Numbered from the whole stretch's first letter, positions 46,001 through 56,666 are shown. The stretch is DNA of 62,152 nt, filler included, from 4 parts of 4 records of this genome joined end to end with filler, not necessarily neighbours in it; one strand, 5' to 3'. Notes: a model not told the origin generated them from the letters alone. Translations and numbers: made by a program.

Positions 46001-47531
46001 TTCGATTGACCCCCATTGCGTATTGAATGATGTTGAGCTCCGAGAGCTCCTCCTTCTGCAATTCCCCGACGCTCCGCCCCTCCTTGATGACGACGGCCCG
46101 GTCACACATGCCGATGATCTCCGTCATTTCCGACGACACCATGACAACGGCGTATTTATTGGCCACCAACTCGTTGATGATCTTGAATATCTCGATTTTC
46201 GCGCCGACATCCACGCCACGGGTCGGCTCGTCCAGAAACAGGACCTTTGAATTAGCCGCCAGTATTTTGGCGATGGCCACCTTCTGCTGGTTGCCGCCCG
46301 AAAGGCTTTCCACGTTGTTTTTCGGCGAGGCCGTCTTTATGGCTAGGTCGCATATGTATTTATCGACGATAGATTGTTCTTTCTTTTTGAATATCCAACC
46401 AAAGCGCGTAATGTTCTTATGACAGGACAGTGTGATATTCTGGAAAATGGGCAGGCGCAGCAGGACGCCGTGGTTTTTCCGGTCTTCCGGCAAAAAGCCG
46501 ATGCCGTGCGCGTATGCCTCCCGGGTGGAGCCGAGTTGAATTTTCTTGCCGTTTAGGGTTACGGTACCGCTTTCCAGCTTGTCGATCCCGAGGATCGCCC
46601 GAATGCATTCGGTACGACCGGCGCCGACAAGGCCGCTGAGCCCTAATATCTCGCCTTGTCTAACATTAAAGGAGATATCCCGAACGGCGCGTCCCGCCTT
46701 AATATGCTCAACGCTCATCACCACCTCGCCGATCTGCGGCGTACGCGGCGGGAAGAAGCTGCTCAAATCGCGCCCGATCATCAGGGACACCAGCTTGCCC
46801 TTATCGATCGACGACGTGTTAACCGTGGTTACATACTGCCCGTCCTTTAATACGGTGATTCTGTCGCAGATACGGAATATCTCTTCCAGACGGTGGGAGA
46901 CATAGATGATGGAAACGCCCTTTTCCTTTAAGTTCAGCAGCAGCTTGAAAAGCTGCTCAACCTCCTTGCTGGTCATGACGGCGGTTGGCTCGTCCAATAC
47001 AAGTACGGTGGCATTCCTCGTTAAGGCTTTACAGATCTCCACCACTTGCTGATACGCCACAGACAGATCACCGACGCGCGCGTTGACGTCGATATTACTG
47101 AATCCGATACTCTCCAGCAGCTCCCCGGCCTTCTTTCGCATAGCCTTCCAGTTAACAAATCGCTTATTGCGGAAATCGTCCAACAGGATATTTTCCGCAA
47201 CAGAAAGATGCGGCACCAGCGCGAATTCCTGATAAATAACAGATACGCCGGCCAGAATACCATCCTTCGGGTTATTGAGGTGCACGACTTCACCGTTTAA
47301 TCTGATCTCACCGCTGTTGGGCTGGAGCACGCCCGAAAGAATTCGGATGAGTGTGGATTTTCCCGCGCCGTTTTCCCCTACCAGCGCATGAATTTCGCCC
47401 GGCCGCACCTGCAGCTGCATATCGCGCAGTGCGTGGATGCCCTCAAAACTCTTGCTGATATGCTGCATTTCCACCCGATATTCATAATTTGATGATTCGT
47501 GCTTATTGGGGGTTGTCCGACTATCCGTCAT
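45984..47531 (-). CDS. Sugar ABC transporter ATPase (RbsA-like, two ABC domains)
   Basis: GENGAGKST, LDEPT, GLVGAGRTE, LSGGNQQK, DEPTRGVDVGAK; ATG 47531 after AGAGG. Confidence 0.93.
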   Translation of the reverse strand: MTDSRTTPNKHESSNYEYRVEMQHISKSFEGIHALRDMQLQVRPGEIHALVGENGAGKSTLIRILSGVLQPNSGEIRLNGEVVHLNNPKDGILAGVSVIYQEFALVPHLSVAENILLDDFRNKRFVNWKAMRKKAGELLESIGFSNIDVNARVGDLSVAYQQVVEICKALTRNATVLVLDEPTAVMTSKEVEQLFKLLLNLKEKGVSIIYVSHRLEEIFRICDRITVLKDGQYVTTVNTSSIDKGKLVSLMIGRDLSSFFPPRTPQIGEVVMSVEHIKAGRAVRDISFNVRQGEILGLSGLVGAGRTECIRAILGIDKLESGTVTLNGKKIQLGSTREAYAHGIGFLPEDRKNHGVLLRLPIFQNITLSCHKNITRFGWIFKKKEQSIVDKYICDLAIKTASPKNNVESLSGGNQQKVAIAKILAANSKVLFLDEPTRGVDVGAKIEIFKIINELVANKYAVVMVSSEMTEIIGMCDRAVVIKEGRSVGELQKEELSELNIIQYAMGVNRNGTEE

Positions 47532-47594
47532 TGGCTTACACACCTCTTTTTATCTTTTTGAATAGGAATCCCCGACCAATTCACGCTCCCCGCG

Positions 47595-48175
47595 TTAAAG
47601 CGTTGTAAGAAACCCGCCGTCAACGCCCAGCATCCAGCCGTTTATGTAATCAGAGGCCTGGGATGCAAAGAAAACGATTAATCCCATCAGGTCAACGGAC
47701 TCACCCCACCGGCCGGCCGGAATACGCTGGGTGATTTTATTATAAAACGCAGGGTCCTTGCGCAGCTCGGCATTGACCTCGGTGGCGAAAAATCCCGGCG
47801 CTACCCCGTTCGTCTGAATATTGTGCTGACCCAGCTCATTCGCAAAGCTGCGCGTTAGGCCTGTAATGGCATGCTTGGCAGCTATATAGGGCGGACACAT
47901 TCTGTCGGCCGTAAAGGACAGTGTCGATCCGATATTGATAATCTTGCCGCTTTTTTGCCGGATCATCTGGAGGGCGACACGATGGCCCAGGTAGTAGCAC
48001 GCATTGAGGCTGACGTCAATAACCTTTTTCCAGTCCTCATCCTTAAAATCCTCAAAATTAGCAAATGCATGCGCTCCCGCATTGTTAACCAATATGTCTG
48101 CCTTGCCGTAGATCCGGATACATTCAGGTACAATTTGATCCAGATAGACCGGGTCTGTCAGATCACCCTGTAAAA
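47595..48175 (-). CDS. SDR oxidoreductase (KduD/gluconate 5-dehydrogenase-like), 5' end truncated
   Basis: Frame open to the gap (LQGDLT..DILVNNAG), GKIINIGS, Y-x3-K (YIAAK), ANE, RIPAGRWG, VDGG. Confidence 0.85.
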
Positions 48176-48275
48176 NNNNNNNNNNNNNNNNNNNNNNNNN
48201 NNNNNNNNNNNNNNNNNNNTTAATTAATTAANNNNNNNNNNNNNNNNNNNNNNNNNNNNNNNNNNNNNNNNNNNN
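48176..48275. other. Artificial contig spacer
   Basis: 44 N + TTAATTAATTAA + 44 N. Confidence 0.98.
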
Positions 48276-48276
48276 T

Positions 48277-48705
48277 GCCAACCAGGAAAAAGAGCATGCC
48301 AAACGACTGTTCAAACTCCTTGAAGGGGGAGAGGTTGAAATTAGTGCGATCTTCCCTGCGGGTGTAATCGGTACAACTGCAGAAAACCTGACTGAAGCCG
48401 CCCAAGGGGAGAATTACGAGCATACTGTTATGTATCCAGAATTTGCTGCAACGGCCGAAGAGGAAGGACTCCCTGATATTGCAGCCATTTTTATGGCAAT
48501 TGCCGTTGCCGAAAAACAGCACGAAAAAAGATATCAGGACCTTAAAGCCAATATAGACAATGGCATTGTCTTTTCACGGCAGGAGAAGGTTACCTGGCGT
48601 TGCCTTAACTGTGGGTACCTCCATACCGAAAACGATGCTCCTGAACTGTGCCCGGCCTGCGATCATCCACAGGCACATTTTGAACTGCTTGGAGAAAACT
48701 GGTAA
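48277..48705 (+). CDS. rbr: Rubrerythrin, 5' end truncated
   Basis: [18 protein letters not shown]...[24 protein letters not shown]. Confidence 0.93.
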   Translation, partial: ANQEKEHAKRLFKLLEGGEVEISAIFPAGVIGTTAENLTEAAQGENYEHTVMYPEFAATAEEEGLPDIAAIFMAIAVAEKQHEKRYQDLKANIDNGIVFSRQEKVTWRCLNCGYLHTENDAPELCPACDHPQAHFELLGENW

Positions 48706-48730
48706 CCTGTATATACCTTTTTCGTTGGTC

Positions 48731-48796
48731 CTTAATGCTGATTTCCTTTGAGGAGATCAGCATTAAGCAAGGTGACTTTCATAGTCACCTTTTTTG
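48731..48796 (+). terminator. Two tandem hairpins, the second a terminator
   Basis: CTTAATGCTGATTTCCT/AGGAGATCAGCATTAAG, then AAGGTGACT/AGTCACCTT plus T-run. Confidence 0.7.
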
Positions 48797-49041
48797 CAGG
48801 GGTTGATACGATTTTGTGTACAGCATAGAGCAAGGGCACCCTTCCTCTGTTATTTTAGGACGTTATCTTTTTTCAAAAAAGACACGTCAAGACTTTACAG
48901 CTTAAGGAGAATGATTACTCTATGCAACAAATTATGATTCTCAACAACAACATACTCCTGCACACAAGACGATCAGCAGTATATTGAGAACTTTTTTCTT
49001 GCTTTTCCATTTTAAAATAAACACAATCAAGGAGACCTATC

Positions 49042-49542
49042 ATGGCCCAGATCACTTTACAGGGTAACGCTTTTGAAACCGTTGGCAACCTTCCAGCACA
49101 GGGAGCTGCAGCTCCATCCTTTACTCTTGTGAAAACAGACCTGTCGGATGTTTCTCTCAGCGATTTCAGTGGCAAGAAGGTAGTACTCAATATCTTTCCA
49201 AGTATCGACACTCCTGTATGTGCCGCTTCTGTAAGACGTTTCAACGAAATTGCTTCTCAAAAGGAAAACACTGTTGTTCTCTGCGTATCAGCAGACCTCC
49301 CTTTTGCCCACTCGCGATTCTGCGAGGTTGACGGACTGGATAATGTTGTACCGGTTTCTGTTTTCCGCTCACCAGCATTTGGTAACGATTACGGTGTTAC
49401 CGCTTCAACTGGCCCCCTTACAGGCCTGCTCTCAAGAGCTGTTGTTGTTATCAACGAAGATGGCAACGTAGCTTACTCCGAGCAAGTACCTGAAATTGCA
49501 GAAGAACCAAACTATGAAGCTGCCCTTGCAGCACTCAATTAA
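49042..49542 (+). CDS. tpx: Thiol peroxidase (atypical 2-Cys Prx)
   Basis: [40 protein letters not shown]. Confidence 0.95.
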   Translation: MAQITLQGNAFETVGNLPAQGAAAPSFTLVKTDLSDVSLSDFSGKKVVLNIFPSIDTPVCAASVRRFNEIASQKENTVVLCVSADLPFAHSRFCEVDGLDNVVPVSVFRSPAFGNDYGVTASTGPLTGLLSRAVVVINEDGNVAYSEQVPEIAEEPNYEAALAALN

Positions 49543-49562
49543 ATTATACTGTTACTTTGTTT

Positions 49563-49589
49563 TCGGTCGGCCCTTATCGGGCCGGCCGA
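49563..49589. terminator. Stem-loop after tpx
   Basis: TCGGTCGGCCC/GGGCCGGCCGA. Confidence 0.45.
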
Positions 49590-49939
49590 CAAATGAAAAC
49601 GATCCCTGCCTGTAGCAACAGCTCCTTACTCTCCCCCCTCCCTGAATAAGACCTTCTCCAGTTACACAGATGTGTGGTTCACGGAACAAGGTGTACAGCA
49701 TTTTTTACCTCGCCCCTGCATTTCACCTGTAATTTTCCGTAAACGACCTTCCCTCTGGTCAGTTTTCATCATGCCCAGAGACTCGCTCGTACCTGTCAGT
49801 AAAAAAAATAGTACTGGTCACTCACAGGAAAAACGCCCCCTTCACCATCGAAATCATCATTTTACAACATCTTTATTGACACATTCAGCAACATTTCTTA
49901 TCTATAATGCATTATCAAGCTGTTTTAAAAATATTCCTT

Positions 49940-50383
49940 ATGAAAATAGATCCGATTAATATTGCCATTATCAATCATCTCAAAGATGGTCGAGTACCCT
50001 ACAAAACCATTGCCGATAAACTCTCCCTTGCTGAAGGTACCGTACGGACACGCATTAGGAAACTTATCGAAGAGGGAATTCTTTCGATTAGCGGCCTGGT
50101 CAATCCAGAGGCCCTTCCAGACCAGCAGGTCGTGATGGTGGGGGTACAGGTAAAAGACATGGATCTAGTAAAGAAAGGAGAAGAATTCAGCAAACTTAAA
50201 GGTGTCATCTCTGTCTGTGTCGTTACCGGTCGTTTTGACCTGATCGTAACCGTCATGCTGAGAAGTGACTTCGGCCTGCTTGAATTTTTCACCGAGGAAG
50301 TTGCCACCATAGAAAATGTACGGTCGGTTGAAACTTTTGTAGTCTACAAAAGTTTTAATCTCAAAGTACCATTACCTGACTGA
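49940..50383 (+). CDS. Lrp/AsnC-family regulator
   Basis: ID..NI.II..L.DGR.PY..IA..L...EGTVR.RI, VTGRFDL; ATG 49940. Confidence 0.9.
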   Translation: MKIDPINIAIINHLKDGRVPYKTIADKLSLAEGTVRTRIRKLIEEGILSISGLVNPEALPDQQVVMVGVQVKDMDLVKKGEEFSKLKGVISVCVVTGRFDLIVTVMLRSDFGLLEFFTEEVATIENVRSVETFVVYKSFNLKVPLPD

Positions 50384-50433
50384 ATCCCTTCTGGATAGAA
50401 CAGCTTGGCATAATCAACCAAAAGGAGCTGGAA

Positions 50434-51717
50434 ATGAAAACGACCCCTCTTCACAGTTGGCACAGTGCAGAAGGCGCAAACATGGGAGAATTCGGCTCCT
50501 ATGAGATGCCTCTCTGGTATCCTACCGGTGCCAAAGCTGAGCACCTTGCCGTGATTAACAATGCTGGACTATTTGACACCAGCCACATGGCAGTCCTGAC
50601 CATTAACGGCAAAGATGGGCGCACGCTCATCCAGCGATGCTTTACCAAGGATATTGACGCCTGTATCGGTAAAGATAAAACGCCTCTGGTCGCAGGCAGA
50701 TGTGTCTATGGCATCTTCCTTAACCAGGCAGGCGAAGTCATTGATGATGCCATTGTCTACCAATTTACTACGAACGACTTCATGCTGGTTGTCAATGCGG
50801 CCATGGGTAAAACCATAAAAGCACATCTTGATAGCCACGTGCACCCAGACGAAGCGGTGGCCATTCATGATCTCACCGACCAAGTGGGTAAGATGGACAT
50901 CCAGGGGCCAGCTTCCGGTCAAATCCTTGCCAAAATTATCAAAGACCCGGCAATGATCTTTGACAAAATGATATATTTTTCCTTTAAAGGCTCTTTTGAC
51001 CAAACCAAGTTACCTTTCGCCCAGGCCGAGTTACTCGACAACACGCCGCTCATGATATCAAGAACAGGATATACCGGCGAATTTGGTTTTGAACTCTTTG
51101 TCGCGCCAGAACACATCACATCAATGTGGCAGAAGCTTCTCGAGGCAGGCAAAGAGGAAGGACTCATCCCTTGTGGCCTGGCAGCAAGGGATTCCCTCAG
51201 ATCAGGCGCAGGCCTGCCGCTCTCACATCAAGATATCGGTGATTGGCCCTTTGCCGACAATCCGTGGTTATTCACTCTGCCCCTGGATCCTGGCAGCAAT
51301 GATTTTACCAAAGAGTTTGTGGGAAGTAAAATCCTGCAAAGTACCACTTCATCAACCTGGACCCTCCCCTTTGCAGGGTATGACCTGAGAAAAATCCCGC
51401 TTAACGAAAAAAGCAAGGTAACAGACCTTGACGGCCATATTCTGGGTATCCCTTTGACCTGTACCACTGATATGGCCATTGACAGGGTCAATCATACTAT
51501 CATCAGCCTTGCAAACAGCAAAGAAGAAGGCAAACCTGAAGATTTTAAACCCAAGGGACTCTGTTGCGGGTTTGTTAAACTCAATACCAAGCTTGAGACC
51601 GGCACCCAGGTAATCCTGACTGATGGTAAGCGTAAGTTAAAAGTAGAAATAAGGGATGATATTCGACCTGGTCGAACTGCACGTCGACCGGTTGCCAAAA
51701 TGATTCCTTCATTATAA
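50434..51717 (+). CDS. gcvT: Glycine cleavage T protein (aminomethyltransferase)
   Basis: KTTPLH, MPLWY, EH.AV...AGLFDTSHM, QGP, SRTGYTGEFGFE, GLAARDSLR. Confidence 0.9.
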   Translation: MKTTPLHSWHSAEGANMGEFGSYEMPLWYPTGAKAEHLAVINNAGLFDTSHMAVLTINGKDGRTLIQRCFTKDIDACIGKDKTPLVAGRCVYGIFLNQAGEVIDDAIVYQFTTNDFMLVVNAAMGKTIKAHLDSHVHPDEAVAIHDLTDQVGKMDIQGPASGQILAKIIKDPAMIFDKMIYFSFKGSFDQTKLPFAQAELLDNTPLMISRTGYTGEFGFELFVAPEHITSMWQKLLEAGKEEGLIPCGLAARDSLRSGAGLPLSHQDIGDWPFADNPWLFTLPLDPGSNDFTKEFVGSKILQSTTSSTWTLPFAGYDLRKIPLNEKSKVTDLDGHILGIPLTCTTDMAIDRVNHTIISLANSKEEGKPEDFKPKGLCCGFVKLNTKLETGTQVILTDGKRKLKVEIRDDIRPGRTARRPVAKMIPSL

Positions 51718-51831
51718 CAGATTTTTTATCTAGAATTGTACATGCATCGGGTTAGCCCCTGTCCAGCCTTGACGGGAACAACTGAGCTGACCTTGCTTCA
51801 CTCACAACGAGAACTGCGGAGAGGTAACCCT

Positions 51832-52227
51832 ATGAAAGAATTAAACGAATTAAATATACCTGAAAGCCTCAGTTATACAGAAGACCACGAATGGGCCCAA
51901 AAAACAGGGGAGACCATCAAGATTGGAGTAAGTGACTATGCCCAGGACCAGCTTGGTGACATCGTCTTTGCTGAACTTCCTGCTGTTGGCGATACCTTTA
52001 ACAAGGGAGATGAATTCGGTACCCTTGAATCTGTCAAGGCTGTTTCTGAACTCTATATCCCAATGAGCGGCGAGATTGTTGCTATAAACGAGGAACTGGA
52101 CGATGCCCCAGAGCTCGTTAATGAAGCCCCTTACGAGAGCTGGATGATCGAAATCAAACCAAGCACTCCAGAGGAATACGACCAATTGCTTTCAGCTTCA
52201 GCCTATATGGACATTCTTAAAGGATAA
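51832..52227 (+). CDS. gcvH: Glycine cleavage H protein
   Basis: Y..DHEW, G.SDYAQDQLGDIVF, lipoyl site ESVKAVSE; ATG 51832 after GGAGAGG. Confidence 0.95.
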   Translation: MKELNELNIPESLSYTEDHEWAQKTGETIKIGVSDYAQDQLGDIVFAELPAVGDTFNKGDEFGTLESVKAVSELYIPMSGEIVAINEELDDAPELVNEAPYESWMIEIKPSTPEEYDQLLSASAYMDILKG

Positions 52228-52232
52228 GCACC

Positions 52233-53567
52233 ATGCGATACCTCCCTCACACCCAGGAAGACATAACAGCAATGCTGCAGGTGACCGGCAACAAAAGCCT
52301 GGAAGATCTTTTTTCCAGCATCCCAGATTCCTGCCGTATGACCAATGAATGGCATCTCCCGGAGCCGAAAACGGAATGGGAGCTGAACGACCATATGCAG
52401 GCCATTGCCCAAACCATGAAGATTGATCAAAACTTCAAAGTCCTGATCGGAGCGGGCAGCAATCATCACTACATCCCGGAAACGGTGAAGGCCCTAATGA
52501 GTCGGTCTGAATTCCTGACGGCTTATACTCCCTATCAGCCGGAAATGGCCCAAGGGACACTGCAGGGTATCTTTGAGTATCAGACTCTCACTGCTCGTTT
52601 GTTGGGCATGGATGCTGTCAACGCCTCCATGTATGATGGTGCTTCCGCCCTTGCCGAGGCGCTGTTAATGGGTTTGAGGATCGGCAAGAAGAAAACCAAA
52701 GTAGCCGTTTCCGCAGCTATCCACCCACACTACCGGGCAGCGGCAGCGGCCTACTTGTGCCCAACCGAATTTGAAATAATCGAATTACCCTGCCTCGAGG
52801 ATGGTCGCACTGATCTCAGCGGGCTGCCTGACTTGGAAGATGTAGCAGCGGTTGCGCTCCAGTCCCCTAATTTCTTCGGCGTGATCGAAGATCTTGCGGC
52901 TGCTGGTCAGGTAATCCACGACCAGCAGGCCCTATTCATTACCTGCTTTTCGGAACCGCTCGCTTACGGTCTCCTAAAAAACCCAGGAGATTGCGGTGCA
53001 GATATCGTCTGTGGGGAAGGACAGAGCTTCGGCCTTTCCCGCTCCTTTGGTGGTCCAGGGCTCGGCATGTTCGGCTGCAAACAGCCATTTACCAGAAACC
53101 TTCCTGGTCGCCTGGTGGGGGAAACAACGGATCTGGATGGCAAGCGCGGCTATGTATTGACCCTGGCGACGAGGGAACAACATATCCGCCGGGAAAAGGC
53201 CACCTCAAACATTTGTTCCAACCAGGGTATCTGTGCCATGACTGCCGGTATGTATATGGCTTCACTTGGCGGTACTGGCCTGCGTGAACTATCCCGCCTC
53301 AACTATGATAAGACCCAGTACTTAAAAAACGCACTGGTTGCCCAAGGTGCGCGCCTCTCTTTTGAGGCCCCGACCTTCAACGAATTTGTAGTTGAATTTC
53401 CACAAGATTTCCAGCCCGCCCACCAACGCCTGCTTAAGCAAAACATTGTCGCAGGTCTGGAACTGGGCCGTTTGTATCCAGAACTTAGGGGACGCTACCT
53501 CTTTGGGGTAACGGAAACAACGTCCCGACATGACATGGACAGAATAGCTGACGAGGTGCAATCATGA
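52233..53567 (+). CDS. gcvPA: Glycine dehydrogenase subunit 1
   Basis: MRYLPHT, EFLTAYTPYQPE, NASMYDGA, TREQHIRREKATSNICSNQ. Confidence 0.95.
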   Translation: MRYLPHTQEDITAMLQVTGNKSLEDLFSSIPDSCRMTNEWHLPEPKTEWELNDHMQAIAQTMKIDQNFKVLIGAGSNHHYIPETVKALMSRSEFLTAYTPYQPEMAQGTLQGIFEYQTLTARLLGMDAVNASMYDGASALAEALLMGLRIGKKKTKVAVSAAIHPHYRAAAAAYLCPTEFEIIELPCLEDGRTDLSGLPDLEDVAAVALQSPNFFGVIEDLAAAGQVIHDQQALFITCFSEPLAYGLLKNPGDCGADIVCGEGQSFGLSRSFGGPGLGMFGCKQPFTRNLPGRLVGETTDLDGKRGYVLTLATREQHIRREKATSNICSNQGICAMTAGMYMASLGGTGLRELSRLNYDKTQYLKNALVAQGARLSFEAPTFNEFVVEFPQDFQPAHQRLLKQNIVAGLELGRLYPELRGRYLFGVTETTSRHDMDRIADEVQS

Positions 53568-55042
53568 AAAATCGCATAGGAACCAGCGGCCTGATCCTAG
53601 ATGAGCCCCTGCTCTGGGAAAAAGGCAAAAAAGGTAGAAAAGGAATGTCCATCCCTCGCAGCGATGTACCGCCAGCAACATTGGACGAGGAGCTCATGGG
53701 TGCACCTGTCAATTTTCCCGACCTGAGTGAGGTTGATGTAGTGCGCCATTACACCCGTCTTTCCCAATGGAATTTCGGGGTGGACAGCGGTATGTACCCA
53801 CTGGGTTCATGCACCATGAAGTACAACCCAAAAATAAACGAAAAACAGGCTGCCACATCACAACTTGCCGCAGCCCACCCCATGCTTGATGATCAGTATT
53901 CTCAGGGTGTTTTGCAGATCATGTATGAACTACAAAACTATCTTGCCGACATTACCGGCTTGGACGCAGTCTCCCTTCAACCAGCTGCCGGAGCCCATGG
54001 TGAACTGGCAGGCATGTTGATTTTCAACGCTTATCACCAAGACCACCATTCTAAACGAACCAAGATTCTCATCCCGGACACGGCCCACGGAACCAATCCC
54101 GCTTCAGCGGCACTTTGCGGGTATCGATCCATCCCTGTCAAATCAGATGCAAATGGCATGCTGGATGCTTCTGACGTCAGCAAACTGATGGATGAAGAGA
54201 CAGCCGGCATCATGATAACCAACCCGAACACCTTGGGACTCTTTGAAGGCCAGGTCCGGCAGATTGCCGACATCGTTCATGCCAAAGGCGGCCTTGTCTA
54301 TGGTGACGGAGCCAACATGAATGCAGTGCTCGGGGTGGCAGACATGAAAAAGTGCGGGATAGATGTTCTCCATCTGAATCTGCACAAGACCTTTTCCACA
54401 CCCCATGGTGGCGGTGGCCCAGGAGCAGGCCCTGTATGCGTCACCCGAGAACTGGAACCCTTCCTGCCGGTTCCCCGCGCTTACAAAGACGGTGATCTTT
54501 ATCACCTGGAGCAAGACCGCAAAGAGTCAGTAGGCAGGGTGCATGGTTTTCATGGAAATTTTGGTGTATTGGTCCGGGCCTACAGCTATATTCTCTCCAT
54601 GGGGGCGGAAGGATTACTCAAGGCCAGCCAATTGGCAGTACTCAATGCCAACTACATCCGGGAACAGCTCAAGGATGTCTTTCACCTTCCGTATCCACAG
54701 CCATGCATGCATGAATGTGTTTTTAGTGATCAACTGCAGAAGGACTACAAGGTCACCACTCTGGACATGGCCAAAAGGCTTATTGATTACGGTTTTCACC
54801 CACCAACCATTTATTTCCCTTTGATTGTCCATGGGGCGATAATGATCGAACCGACGGAGACCGAATGCAAAGAGGATATTGATCAATTCATTGCCACCAT
54901 GAAAGAAATCTCCAGGGAGGCTAAAGAGGAGCCAGACAAGGTACGTAACGCTCCACAACTCAGCAAAGTCAGACGCCTGGATGAGGTGCATGCTGCCCGT
55001 TGCCCGTGCCTTACCGGAACATTCATCCCAGCCGACCAATAA
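53564..55042 (+). CDS. gcvPB: Glycine dehydrogenase subunit 2
   Basis: YPLGSCTMKYNPK, QPAAGAHGE, AHGTNPAS, HLNLHKTFSTPHGGGGPG. Confidence 0.95.
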   Translation: MKNRIGTSGLILDEPLLWEKGKKGRKGMSIPRSDVPPATLDEELMGAPVNFPDLSEVDVVRHYTRLSQWNFGVDSGMYPLGSCTMKYNPKINEKQAATSQLAAAHPMLDDQYSQGVLQIMYELQNYLADITGLDAVSLQPAAGAHGELAGMLIFNAYHQDHHSKRTKILIPDTAHGTNPASAALCGYRSIPVKSDANGMLDASDVSKLMDEETAGIMITNPNTLGLFEGQVRQIADIVHAKGGLVYGDGANMNAVLGVADMKKCGIDVLHLNLHKTFSTPHGGGGPGAGPVCVTRELEPFLPVPRAYKDGDLYHLEQDRKESVGRVHGFHGNFGVLVRAYSYILSMGAEGLLKASQLAVLNANYIREQLKDVFHLPYPQPCMHECVFSDQLQKDYKVTTLDMAKRLIDYGFHPPTIYFPLIVHGAIMIEPTETECKEDIDQFIATMKEISREAKEEPDKVRNAPQLSKVRRLDEVHAARCPCLTGTFIPADQ

Positions 55043-55050
55043 GAACGGTG

Positions 55051-55728
55051 ATGCATTCAGCCTGGGTGGAGCTTGGCCTGATCGACTACCAGCTGGCTTA
55101 CACCCTCCAGACGAGGCTTGTCACTCTATGCAGGGAACACATTGAAAAAGGGTATTTTCTGTCGCTGGAGCACCCCTCGGTTTTTACGCTGGGCAAAAGA
55201 GGCGGCAAGGAGCATCTGGGGGTCAGCACTGAGTTTCTCAACCAACAAAATATTGACTTGGTCCATATCGAGCGTGGTGGTGACATCACCTACCACGCTC
55301 CAGGTCAACTCATTCTCTACCCTATTTTCAGCCTGCGTCATAAACGAATTTCCGTCAGCGAATATGTTTTCCTGCTAGAAGAAGTCATGTTACGCTGCGC
55401 TGCGGATGCCGGTGTGAGTGCTAATCGAGATGAACGTAACCATGGCATATGGGTCGGAAATCAGAAAATGGGCAGCATTGGCATCGCCATTCGCCACGGT
55501 GTGACCTTTCATGGCCTTGCTCTTAATGTCAACATAGACCTAAAACCCTTTTCCTGGATCAACCCGTGCGGCTTGACCGACACCAAAATGACTTCCCTGG
55601 CAAACGAAAAAGGTACCCCACTCGAGCTGGACATGGTGAAATTCCAGGTTAGGACACACCTTGCTAGCTTGCTTGATCTGCAGTTTGAAGATACACCTCC
55701 AGCAGCACTGCCGATAACAACATCATAA
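55051..55728 (+). CDS. lipB: Octanoyltransferase
   Basis: EHP.VFTLG, RGGDITYH.PGQ, K.GSIG, HGLALNV, INPCG. Confidence 0.92.
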   Translation: MHSAWVELGLIDYQLAYTLQTRLVTLCREHIEKGYFLSLEHPSVFTLGKRGGKEHLGVSTEFLNQQNIDLVHIERGGDITYHAPGQLILYPIFSLRHKRISVSEYVFLLEEVMLRCAADAGVSANRDERNHGIWVGNQKMGSIGIAIRHGVTFHGLALNVNIDLKPFSWINPCGLTDTKMTSLANEKGTPLELDMVKFQVRTHLASLLDLQFEDTPPAALPITTS

Positions 55729-55731
55729 GAC

Positions 55732-56637
55732 ATGGAAAAAAACAAAAAATCGGGGAAACCGCCTTGGCTCAGGCGAAAACTGCCTTCAGGAGCGAACTAC
55801 GAAAAAGTCCGGCACCTGGTGAAGGAAAACCATTTGGCAACTGTCTGTCAGGAAGCCATGTGTCCCAACCAGTTTGAATGCTATGGCAAGGGGACAGCAA
55901 CCTTCATGATCTTGGGGGATCACTGCACCAGAAATTGCAGATTCTGTGCTGTGCAGCACGGACAACTTGGACCGCCTGATCAGGACGAACCGCTAAGAGT
56001 TGCCCAGGCTGTAAAAACCATGGGGTTGCGCTATGCAGTAATTACCTCTGTGACCAGGGATGACATGCCTGATGGAGGCGCAAACCACTTTGCGTGTACT
56101 ATAAAAGCAATACGAGAATTGAGTCCTGATACACTAGTCGAGGTCCTTATCCCGGACCTACAAGGCAACTGGGACGCTCTGGATTTAATCATCAAGGCTG
56201 GCCCGGACGTCCTGAACCACAATCTGGAAACCATAGAGCGACTCTATCCCACGGTGCGCCCACAGGCTATTTATCAACGATCACTTGATCTCCTTGGCCA
56301 AGTAAAAAAAAGGCAGGCGACTCTTATTACCAAATCCGGCATGATGGTCGGCCTTGGTGAAACAACGCAGGAACTGCAAACAGCCTTTACCGATCTTGTA
56401 TATGCACAGTGCGATATCCTCACCTTGGGACAGTATCTCCAGCCATCAAAAAATCACCTTACAGTTGAGCACTACCTGTCGCCTGAAAAATTTGATTTCC
56501 TCAAACAACAAGCCCTACATTTAGGATTTGCAGGAGTTGCAGCGGCACCTTTTGTTCGCAGTTCCTATCAAGCTGAAGAACTCTACACCATGGCCGCCAA
56601 TAAACTAGCTGCAGCTTCCCAAAAAGACTGCAGCTAG
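55732..56637 (+). CDS. lipA: Lipoyl synthase
   Basis: VCQEAMCPNQFEC, CTRNCRFC, TSVTRDD, GQYLQP, RSSY. Confidence 0.95.
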   Translation: MEKNKKSGKPPWLRRKLPSGANYEKVRHLVKENHLATVCQEAMCPNQFECYGKGTATFMILGDHCTRNCRFCAVQHGQLGPPDQDEPLRVAQAVKTMGLRYAVITSVTRDDMPDGGANHFACTIKAIRELSPDTLVEVLIPDLQGNWDALDLIIKAGPDVLNHNLETIERLYPTVRPQAIYQRSLDLLGQVKKRQATLITKSGMMVGLGETTQELQTAFTDLVYAQCDILTLGQYLQPSKNHLTVEHYLSPEKFDFLKQQALHLGFAGVAAAPFVRSSYQAEELYTMAANKLAAASQKDCS

Positions 56638-56666
56638 TTCAACAAGGGGGACACCAACCGACCCGA

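Noticed and set aside
49876..49908. TTGACA...TATAAT promoter for lrp
   Set aside because: The spacer is 21 nt; the 17-nt alternative (-10 TATCTA) is plausible but too weak to call.
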